Source: Oculina patagonica
Lineage: Eukaryota
Direction of reading: 5' to 3'
NCBI RefSeq assembly: GCF_052425735.1
Contig: NC_135761.1
Span: 44,144,001 to 44,208,000 of the forward strand
Length of the DNA: 64,000 nt
In this document: in pieces, positions 50,601-60,798 of the stretch
How positions within the stretch are numbered: position 1 is the first letter of the stretch
Layout of the letters: each line of letters begins with the position of its first letter
Translations under genes and position numbers: made by a program
The notes under the pieces: model-generated
What the model was told of the DNA's origin: nothing
Seen by the model: only the letters and a program-made list of their open reading frames with translations
Database searches by the model: none

Positions 50601-50871
50601 AATATCTCTTCTTCTCGAGACATTGATATAACTGTTTCATTAAGTGTCAAGCTGGCACATACTAACTCAACCATTCTGTTATTCGTTTACTGACTTTTAT
50701 TTATGATCTTCTTCGATAGGTTTAGAACATCTTACCTAAGTGTTGTTTTTTGTTAAAGTAAATAAACCACGGGAAGGGGTGAAGTGCTCCATACAATTCG
50801 CCCTTTTGCCCCATAGCCTCACAGGGTCAGCTTTCCCTGTAGAGTGGGCCCTCAGTGTTGCTGTTGTTGGC

Positions 50872-51275
50872 TGTTGTGTTTGTTCCCAAGGGTCCTGGAG
50901 ATTAGGACCCCAGTTTATTGGGAACCAGGGAATGTGGTTGTGTTTGTTCCCAAGGGTCTTAGGACCCCAGTTTCTTGGGAACCAGGGAATGTGGTTGCGT
51001 TTGTTCCCAAGGGTCTTAGGACCCCAGTTGCTTGGGAACTGTTCCCAAGGGTCTTAGGACCCCAGTTGCTTGGGAACCAGGGAATGTGGTTGTGTTTCTT
51101 CCCAAGGGTCTTAGGACCCCAGTTGCTTGGGAACCAGAAATGTGGTTGTGTTTGTTCCCAAGGGTCTTTGGACCCCAGTTGCTTGGGAACCAAGGAGTGT
51201 TGTTGTGTTTGTTCCCAAGGGTCTTAGGACCCCAGTTGCTTGGGAACCAGGGAATGTTGTTGTGTTTGTTCCCAA
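50872..51275. repeat. 57-bp minisatellite with internal palindromes (~7 copies)
   Basis: Unit TGTTTGTTCCCAAGGGTCTTAGGACCCCAGTTGCTTGGGAACCAGGGAATGTGGTTG. Confidence 0.95.
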
Positions 51276-52014
51276 CCTCTCGTTGCCAACCAACTTACCT
51301 GTAATACTCTGCATGATTCCTATTGGCAACTCGAGCACTTCACCCCTTACCCCTTTTCTCCCACTGAACTTGTTGTCTTGTTTTCATGTCATGGGTTGGG
51401 AGCATTAAAAGTCCGTTAAATTTCTGTTTTGTTAAAGCTGTGCTTCAACATAGATATATCTATAAAGCGAAAAAAAATCAAACTATTGACATTAAAAAAC
51501 GCACGAACAGTGTCATTAACACCCGTATGTAAATAACTAGCTAATATTTTTCCGTCAGGGCCAGTTATATTTTATTCATTTGCTTTTTTTATTAGTAAAA
51601 ACGTAGTTTCCAGCAGTTTTCTGTCGAAGTATAACGCAATTCTGTAATTCGAAAAAAAGATGTTTTCTTGCATTGGTGAATCATGTATGAAAACCTGAAA
51701 GAAAGTTATTATGACATTTCGTCAAATGTTTTAGTAAACACGGTGACATCAGCTGTGCAAATATATTCTAGCTAGAATTTCATATTCTAACTAGAGAGTC
51801 ACGTTTAACATACATTTACTTCAAACTGAACGGTGGTAACAAGACTCCAATTCAACAATATCAGTTAGCTTATATTTCACTGGAGCAAATCTAAAACACT
51901 TAAACATTTAGTTAAGATACATCACAGCATATGGGAACAGGAAGTCAACACGATATACGGCTGTGAACCAGAATGCCGTCAATATATGCTATGTTAACAA
52001 AAATACAGAGCTTT

Positions 52015-53367
52015 ATTATATGGCAAAGCAAATCCGAGCGTTCTGATTGGTTCTTTCTTGGTCGGGATTTCGCCATACGGACCGTTTTCATGAAAACGGT
52101 CCAAGCCGTGTATTTTTTCGAAAGCTGACAAACTCAATTTTTAACTATACCTGCGAAGTCAAAACGTGTACTCTCATTCTTCGCAAAGAAACTACCGAAC
52201 AGATTGATATTTCACAGAGCTTAGAACGTGGACGAAGAAAACGAACATTCACCAAGCGAATTTCAAGCGAATTATCTTAAAGTTTGGGAAACCTCTGATG
52301 TGGAAACGGACACAGGCATCACCGAAAGGCAGGAGGCCATATAGAAGATTTTATAAACGAACGGAAAACTATAAACACAAATAAGAAGACGGCTACTGAA
52401 ATGAAAGCTCTTCCCCGCTACATTGAAGGTAAGTGAAGGTAATAGTATGACAAATGAAAGAATTGATAGCCTACCTTCTTCCGAGCTTGACCAACTTCCC
52501 GTCCAAATGAGTCCAAATTTTTTTACGAAGCGAATTTTTTATTAACACACGAAGCAAAAAAAGGAGAAGAGTACGAGCAAGCAGCAATTTCCAGTTTTCA
52601 GCAAAGCATACAGTGATACCTGAGAAGAAATATCCATTCAACATACTCAACGACAATGAGTTTGAAAAATCGAGAAGAGTACTAGCTGCGAAGTGCCAGT
52701 CACTAGTTCACAAGAAAGAAGCCGCAAGCCGCTCAGGCGATTAATGAAGACGAAGAAGTCGAAGACGCTCTTTTTGAAGCGGGAGAATTAAGCGACTCCA
52801 AACCAGTGGGCACTTCATAGAACTGTCTTGTGCTTTTTTTTAGAAATTTACCCTTACGACACTTTGGTTTACGAGCCAGAAACGAAAGCCGAAAGTTACG
52901 CTGAAGAGCTGAGACGTTCAACTTCAACGGAGAATGATGGCCAAGAAACCTCAGTTTGGTTAGCCGAGCGGCCTTTTGGCTTTCAATGTTGCCTGTTTCA
53001 GTTTCGTCATCAGAACTTTCCCGAAATTAAGAATAATATAATCCGCTTGGTGAATATTCGTCTTCCTCGTCACGATCAATAAATTTGTTTTCAAACTCGT
53101 GGTAGCTTGTTCTTTCTGAGTTGCTCACTTTACGGAGGAAGCCCTTTGAATGCAAGTGACCGGAAGTGCTTTATAACAGAAAAATAAACAAGCATGGCTC
53201 GAGTGCCATATAATCAACTACTTACTAACCTTGCTTCCCCGAGCCGTACTGGGGAATATTGGCCCTCGGTCGTTTTGTACGGACCTCGCTACGCTCGGTC
53301 CGTACTGCCACGACCTCGGGGCAATATTCCCCAGTACGGCCCTCGCGCACGGTTAGTAAGAGGTTAA
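52015..53367 (+). mobile_element. Decayed, internally deleted Crypton-type (DUF3504 tyrosine recombinase) element
   Basis: Broken frames at 52341-52910 give IEDFINERKTINTNKKT, IDSLPSSELDQL, GEEYEQAAISSFQQSIQ*YL, NILNDNEFEKSRRVLAAK, EDALFEAGEL and HFGLRARNESRKL. IR ATTATATGGCA (52015) / TGCCATATAAT (53204); hairpin 53221-53360. Confidence 0.8.
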
Positions 53368-54459
53368 TATTAACACAACTTACATGTTCCTTTTATGTGA
53401 CCAACACAATCGATACAAGAAATCTGCCGGTTTCCTGAAACATGTTTTACACTCAAATAATAAGACAATATATTCATAACATACATAGAATATTCATCTC
53501 ACAACATGGAAGGTACTTTGTGAAATATCAAAAAATGCGGCAAAGTTAATAAAACTGTGAAGCAATAATATGGCTCTGGGGGCCGTTTTTTTTTAATTGA
53601 CAAAAATGACAAAAAGACATATAATAAATAATCGAGAGTTGGGCTAGTTTAGAAAATTTTAATAAAAGATTCCGCAACTAGAATTAATAACTGAAACAAG
53701 TAAATATAGTAGCCAATTTAAGGAAAATAGATAGATTATAAAGTATGGAATTTATAACAAACATTACTTGCGACCCAGTGAGCCAGTGAAATTGAAAAAC
53801 CGTCTTTCTTTAAAAACCCAGGTAGCAATCGTTTATGGTCTAAAAATTCAATCCATGCCAAATTATAAGTACACTGAAGGTCTGAGCAACCGAACAACCG
53901 TTGTAACAGATACACCACCAGGTACAAAGTTCATAAACGGTGTTTCCTTTACAAGATGCGTGAAGCAGCGCGAGTTTCCTTATTTGACTAAATAATAGAA
54001 GTAATTACACTAAATGTTCATTCAAACGACTACAAACTTCAATTTTTAAGTATTCTATAACTGTATCAATGTCAAAGCATCCATCTCTCTGATTGTAATT
54101 GTGCTTGTATCTACGTTCTTATTTTTCTTGCGGTAAACTGGTGTGTGAGAAGTGTAGCCTGTAGACCTACAGACTTGCATACAGTCCGGTTAGCTTGAAT
54201 GATGCTACGGTTAGTTTAAGTATTTATGACTAACAACGCTTCAGTTTGCTTTCAATAGTAGACAGAATAACACGATATACACTTGAAAGCGATTTTGCAA
54301 GTGTACAGCCTGCAGTTTTTTGTTGCACACCGCGGCAGAGCAGGTTCCGTTGGAAGTTAAAATCTCACCTCCCAGAAAAAGGCCAGAATCAACAGAGCGT
54401 GCTCCGTTTCTTTCTTTTCACATACACTCAAGACTTGCTGCAAACTTATTAGTATTGAA

Positions 54460-54720
54460 AATGAATTTTTTTCAACAATGACACGAGCATGGGACAAAAA
54501 AAAAATATGGAGTCCCCCGACGGTAATCGAACCCGTGGCCTCCCAGATAACGGTTGGGCGCTATAACCAAGTGAGCTACGAGAGACTCGTGTTAAGCTGG
54601 GCCATTTACTTGGTACAAAGTTCTTCCAACCGGTATCTGGGAGGACATGGGTTCGATTCCCGTCGGGGACTCAGAATTTTTCTTTGTCCCATGCTCGTCT
54701 CATTGTTGGAAAAATTATCT
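54460..54720. mobile_element. Inverted pair of tRNA-derived SINE heads (third duplicate)
   Basis: Homologous to the copies at 41620 and 46414. Confidence 0.8.
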
Positions 54721-55272
54721 TAATTATTCATCGCCGATCTTAAAATTTACCAGCTTTATTATTTACATCTTTTAAGTACGTTTGTGATAACCGTAAAAAT
54801 TGTTCTAAGGTATAGTCTTACATAATCACACCAAACGGCACTGTAAACTGTGTTTCCATGGTGGACACATGCTGCAAGGATACCTTTAGCGCTGTGTCCA
54901 CTGAGTTGAGAAGATGCCTATGTACATTGAAGATTCCTTAACCTGATCTCAAATTAAAGCTTGTAAAACTGGCAGCAATAGGATTTTACACACAACGTTT
55001 TTTATGATAACTTGAAAAGAGATTGGGGGAAACAGGAACTTATTTGCGGTAAAAATTAAAATGATATTTTTTTAACGAACACCTTAACGGATGTGATTAT
55101 GTAGTAGTGTTCAACTTTTGAAGTTTTAAACACCATATCGAAAAGAATGTTATAAGCTGTGTTTTACTTGTTGTTTATGTTGAGCTCCTAAGCTAATTTG
55201 ACTGTAGTTAAGCTGTGAAATAATGAATTATCGTGAATGAATTATCATAATTATGTATGAGGTAATAGTTAA

Positions 55273-56120
55273 GGAGGCTCGATGTAGTTTTTTTAGCCGA
55301 AGGGTGGTTGTTTTGAAAATTAAAATTATCTAGGAAGCCAATGTTCGATTTTTGTTCAAATACACCATAATGATCAAATATGACCAAATATTAATTTTCT
55401 ACCCGTCACTTAATCACAAAGGTTACCATAGCAACCACTGACGTTTTCTTTTGTTCTCAAACAAGCTTGATTTTCTCGAAATCTAGATTGACTCTTGGTA
55501 TTCATTTTTTGATATGTTCAAGTATAGTAGATTGACTACCTGAACACAAAATTTTAGGAAAATCTGTAAGAGCGTTTTAGAGTAAATCAAGTTTGAAGTT
55601 TTTGTTATTTTCTTACAATTTCCTACAATTGGCAGTCGATATATTTTAAAAAAATTAAGCAAAAACACTTTCGCTTTTAGTTAATGGTCTTTGATGATGT
55701 AAGTATTTATATTTCAGTGAGAGTAACTGCGCTCAAATAATACAAAACAATTTAAAAGCGTCTATTTTATGTTAAAACGGGTTTTTTCTGAAAATTTTAT
55801 TCTTCATTTACTTGAAAACGCTCTTACAGATTTTTCTAAAATTTTGTCAACAGTTAGTCAATCTACTAAATTTCAACATATCAAAAAATAAACACCAAGA
55901 TTCAATCTAGATTTCGAGAAAAACAAGCTTGTTTGAGAACAAAAGAAAACGTCAATCGTTGCTATGGTAACCTTTGTGGCTAAGTGACGGGTAAAAAATT
56001 TAAATTTGGTCATATTTGATCATTATGGTGTATTTTGGCAAAAATCAAACATTGGCTTCCTAGATAATTTTAACTTTCAAAAGAACCACTCTTCGGCTAA
56101 AAAAACTACATTGAGCCTCC
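55273..56120. mobile_element. Long-TIR non-autonomous transposon at a TTAA site (Kolobok-like), 3' of GPCR6
   Basis: TTAA|GGAGGCTCGATGTAG ... CTACATTGAGCCTCC|TAAA; arms ~300 bp; empty site ATAGTTAAGACAC at ~42408. Confidence 0.9.
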
Positions 56121-56169
56121 TAAAGACACACACGAACGCTGAAACCTTTCAACATAGCATCCTCAAAGC

Positions 56170-57542
56170 TTAGTTGACTGGATCTGGAAGAACCACTAAC
56201 ATTTCAGTCTCTCGTTTAGAACTTGCTTTCCTAAAATGTTTTTTGTTAGCGAAAATAAAAAGCTCACACAGACCCTTCCTGTACTCTTTGTTTGTCATCC
56301 AGTAAATCAAAGGATTAACACACGAGTTAAACATTGCAAGTATTCCACCCGTATCGTGCAATGTACTGCCAATCTTGGTGATGTTAAACGGAGAGAGGAT
56401 ATAAATGGTTTGAGCCGGAAGCCAACACAATGTCAACGTAATTGACGTCACGGCACACATGCGTAATAGCGCTTTCTGTTGTGCTCTTTGTCGCTCGCCG
56501 TAGCATCTTGCCATTGGCGATGTCTTGAACAGCAGTGTGATATGGCCAAACGAAGCCCAAGCAAGCAAACATGGGATATAAAATCCTATCAGACTGTAGA
56601 TAATTATCATAGCTTGAGTACCATTTTCTCCATATGGAGCATTTACTTTAGAACATTTACTTCCTGTCAATTTCCATTCGAAAAACTTGTTAATCTGCAG
56701 AATACAAGTGGAGACCCAAATAGCCAGGATGTAGAGAAAAAGAGTCTTTCGGGTGAAGTAGCGTTTGTACGTCATTGGTCGAAAAATACAATACCACCTA
56801 TCAATGGCCAAACACGTGACCTTCCAAATGGAGACCTTTCCCATTGTGAAGAGTGCGTATCTACTACTAAGTACACGGCAGAAGATTTCACCAGCTAAAC
56901 CGCGAGGAACTGGAAATGATGCTGTGCTGATAACATAGCCAGGAGTAAGAGGAATGAAGATTCCTGTCCAGCATAAAATTATTCGTCATTTTTACAGTTT
57001 ATTTAAAATGTTTATACAAATATATTTTTAACATCTGTAACGTTCTCATGAAAAACAATACTGCGAAGATAAGGTAATTTCCTCTGTACTTTGTTATGGT
57101 AATGTTGTGTCATACCATTTGATCATTAAGAAAATTCGTCAATGTTTTAAAGAAAAAGCAGACATGATTTTAAACATTTTTAAACATGAAACACTAGTAT
57201 CATTACAATGATTTGGTGCACTGCAATATCTAGGTATTTTGCACAAAAGTTTTAAAAACATGTACAGAGTCACAAACCTGTTAGTAGATCTGTGATTGCC
57301 AAAGAGAACAGAAGAATATTGTGTGGTCTTTTCAACATGGCGGGCTTTCTCGTCATGATCACACAGAACAGAAAGTTCAGCAAAAACGACAAAGCTGCTA
57401 TTACGCCAAACGTTGCCTCTCTACCTTTGGCGTGAAAGCTCTGAAAGCTCTCTTCTATGGCTGGCGTGGCCTTTTCTTCATCTGAAACGTTTTGCAGTTG
57501 TAAAGATGTATTCAGGGTTTCCATTTTGAACATCCATTGCAT
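56170..57542 (-). CDS. Class A orphan GPCR copy 6; exons 57542-57278, 56963-56170
   Basis: Same motifs; spliced length 1059 nt, in frame. The true start may be the METL ATG at 57524. Confidence 0.9.
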
Positions 57543-58253
57543 ACGAACAATATTGTTATAGATTTTCTGTATATTATTTTAATTAGGTTCCCGACCAGAA
57601 AACATAATATTTCAATCCAATTCCTCATTGGTTCAAGAGATAATATAAATTAACAGTTATACCAAAGTATATTTGTTTTATAAACAAATAATACGTTTTG
57701 CCTGAAGGGGGGTGGGAAATTTGAATAACTTAAGAAATGGGCTTTTATGTTTGGAAAGTGTGAAAAGTTCAAAGCAAGTTTGTCGAAGTTAGCATGAAGC
57801 TGTCAAGTCTAGTTCACGCACTGCTTTCTGATAAATTAAACCTTATTCCAGTAAATAAAGAGAGAGCAAAATAAAAGATCGCTTAATTTTTGTTAATTCT
57901 TGAGGCTGTGCTTCAACATAGATCTATAAAGCGAAATAAATCAAACGTTTGACGATAAAAAAAATTGCTAATCTTTTTCGACAGCTCAAAATTTTTCATT
58001 CATTTGCCCTTGCACTGTTCTCTTTTGTGAACACTGGAGTACAACTAGTCTTAGTTTCCGGCAGTTTTCTGTTGAAGTATAACATAATCCTGTAATGCGA
58101 AAGATGCGTTGGCGAATCGTATAAAAATTGGAAGAAAGGTATTGTGACATTCTGTCGAATGTTTGAGTAAACACGGTGACATCAGCTGTGCAAATTCTAA
58201 CGTTCAAAATACATTTACTTTAAACTAACTGTTGACAGGACTTCGAATCAATA

Positions 58254-58840
58254 CATCTAAAACACTTTAACACTAAAACACAGCAAATGGAAGCAGGAAG
58301 TCCCCACGATATACGACTTTCAACCAGAAGAATGCCAATATACACTTAATTGCAGAATTGTTGACCCTATAAAAAAAGCATAAGCCATGAACGATAAGAC
58401 CAAATGGTATTTTGCGTAGAGAGCGTTTGTCAGCTTCCATTTTTTTTATAATCAAGATGTTTTCTTTTCTTGAGAGCTTTAAAAACTTGTTTTACATAAC
58501 CTGTCTCACTGTAATGCTCATTCTACCACAGACGACGATTACTTTTCCGATTTCCCAGTAAACATTTGGGTAGTATTGTTTATGGTTTATGCTTTTCATG
58601 GTCAATGTTTCTTCAATCAGCAGTATGCTTATTGTTATGTCAGCAAAAATACAGAACTACAAGAAAACGCACATGCTCCTTTCCACACAGAAATGACAGA
58701 ACGAGTGACTTTGTTTTTCATAAGATAATGTTAATGTTATATCCATCACATCCAAAACACTTAAACACTAAAACACAGCAAATGGAAGCAGGAAGTCCGC
58801 ACGATATACGACTTTGAACCAGAATGATGCCAATATTCAC
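58254..58840. repeat. Local ~90-bp direct repeat (58254-58345 and 58749-58840)
   Basis: ACACTAAAACACAGCAAATGGAAGCAGGAAGTCC occurs twice. Confidence 0.85.
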
Positions 58841-59297
58841 CTGATGAAACGTTGACCCTGGTACAATGGTGGACTACTTAAAATCTTTAGCTTAATTTAG
58901 TTTTATACTCGTTGCTATTGCAATATATACTATTGTTATTCACTATTGTTTTTCTTACTACTATTATTCTTTTCTTTTCGTGAATGTATATAAGTTATAA
59001 ATATTTTGTAAATTTATTTATTTATTTATTTTCTTCTTTATTTTCTCCTTCACCTCCCGCCGCAAATAGCTAGTCTAATTGCGGGAGGTGAAAGACACTA
59101 TAAATAATATAATTATGCTAGATAAAGTTTTGTTGTTGTTGTTATGATAAATTACTAAAGCGAAACTTAATGAAGAACTGTCTCATACCATTGGGTGACC
59201 AACACAATCGATAAAAGAGATCTGCGTTTCCTGTAACATGTTTTATATTCAAGTAATGAAACAAAAAAGACAGAATATACATACATATCACAATATG

Positions 59298-59525
59298 TTA
59301 TTAGGGCGATCAGTGTTTGACATAATAAAAATTTGGTTTGCATCTAAGCTCAAAATCGGTTCAAAAAAGTTGGTAAGAACGTATATTGGTTCAGTTTTGC
59401 ATGCAAAACTGAACCAATTTTAACTCTGATGAAGGTAACAGAGAGTTACCGAAAATTCAGTTTTATACGTTTTTACCAACTTTTTTGAACAGATTTTAAG
59501 ATCAGATACAAACCAGATTTTTATT
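59298..59525 (+). mobile_element. Miniature Penelope-like inverted-pLTR insertion with 13-bp TSD
   Basis: ATATCACAATATG at 59285-59297 and 59526-59538; IR arms 59322-59385 / 59464-59527; single-copy empty site at ~53496-53510. Confidence 0.75.
59422..59462 (+). ncRNA. Minimal type I hammerhead ribozyme motif with canonical core
   Basis: AACT-CTGATGA-A-GGTAAC(AGAGA)GTTACC-GAAA-ATTC-AGTT; predicted cleavage after C59458. Confidence 0.8.
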
Positions 59526-60437
59526 ATATCACAATATGCAAGGCCAGGTACTTTATTAAAATGGGAAACAATATTTTTTCCTTTGGATCAATCCTTTCGA
59601 AATTGTGAAATATTTATAACGAAGTAAGGTAAATAAAACTATGAAGCACTGAAAGTATGATTCTGGTAATGTCTTTTCCTACCAAAAAAAAAATTGACAC
59701 GAATGATAAAAACATATAATAAAACAACTTTCTGAGTTGGCCAGGTTAGAAAATATTGATAAAATATTCCACAACGTGGATTAACCAAATGAAACGGGGA
59801 AATCTAGTTAGCCAATTTAATGAAAAAGAAATAGTTTATGAAGTGGTTTGTTTGCAACATACAATACTTCTGACACTGTGAGCCAGTGAGATAAAAAAAA
59901 ATGTCTTTCTTTAAAAACCCCATGTAACAATTGTTTACGGTCTATTAAATTCAGACCAAATTATTTGTACAAAAAGGGAGTAGTGAGGGATGCACCGGTC
60001 ACAAATGATGACATCATCGAAGCGTAAGGGTGTTGGGGCGCAGGGATTTAGTGACGTCTCAATACCCCAGGGGTTAACGTCATAAAAAAAGATGACACCG
60101 TTACATAAAAATAGAATAGGGACAATATTGCCTCACTCTTCTTTATTGTCGCAAAAGACAGAAGATACAAAAACATTTTGAAAGAGGTTAATGTTCAAGT
60201 TAAAGAAGTCAGAAGTCTTATCGGGTATATTTAAGATTTGCGGAGCAGCCGACCGAAAAGCCATGGGAGCAATATTTTTCGTACCCATTTTCACGCGGGC
60301 AATAGTTTGAATATAATGTATGCAAATGTTTTGCTGTGACAGACCAAAGTCGTATTTTCATATTCCCCGTATATTCTGTTCATCTCTGGTAAGTTTTTGC
60401 TTTATGTCTAAACTAGAAATAACTGCGTGATCCTTAA

Positions 60438-60763
60438 GGTCATTGCCCTGAAAATAGAACTGAACACAATTTTTTAACCAAACTTCGCCTACTGGTTTAT
60501 TACTTTGAGGGAACTTAAATTTTGAAATAAAAAAGGGGGGTCACCAGATTCGTTTAGGAGCAGGAAGACCATGTATATTCCATATAATTCCTTATATTCC
60601 TCTGCGAGTACGCAAAGTACACTTTTTTAGCGATAATTTATTTTTCAAACACATGAATTGATCTGTTTTCATTTTACAGAAAGAATTTGATCGCTACACC
60701 AAATTCTGCGCATTTTAAAATTCTGCGCAGTAAGGATGCGCAATGCAATACAGGGCAATGACC
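60438..60763. mobile_element. MITE with TTAA TSD
   Basis: TTAA|GGTCATTGCCCTG ... CAGGGCAATGACC|TTAA. Confidence 0.8.
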
Positions 60764-60798
60764 TTAATCAACTAAGGGCCCGGCCAAAACATAGTTGG

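Noticed and set aside
50872-51275. CRISPR-like array of palindromic repeats, with several overlapping ORFs
   Set aside because: There are no unique spacers and no cas genes, and the context is eukaryotic. The ORFs arise because the 57-bp unit is a multiple of 3.
42770-56898. Recurrent 139-aa + strand ORFs (42770, 47542, 56479) and other antisense ORFs over ABCC and the PLE
   Set aside because: Antisense shadows of real coding exons, repeated only because the genes are duplicated.
58841-58855. CTGATGA...GAAAC hammerhead candidate
   Set aside because: There is no stem II between the core elements.
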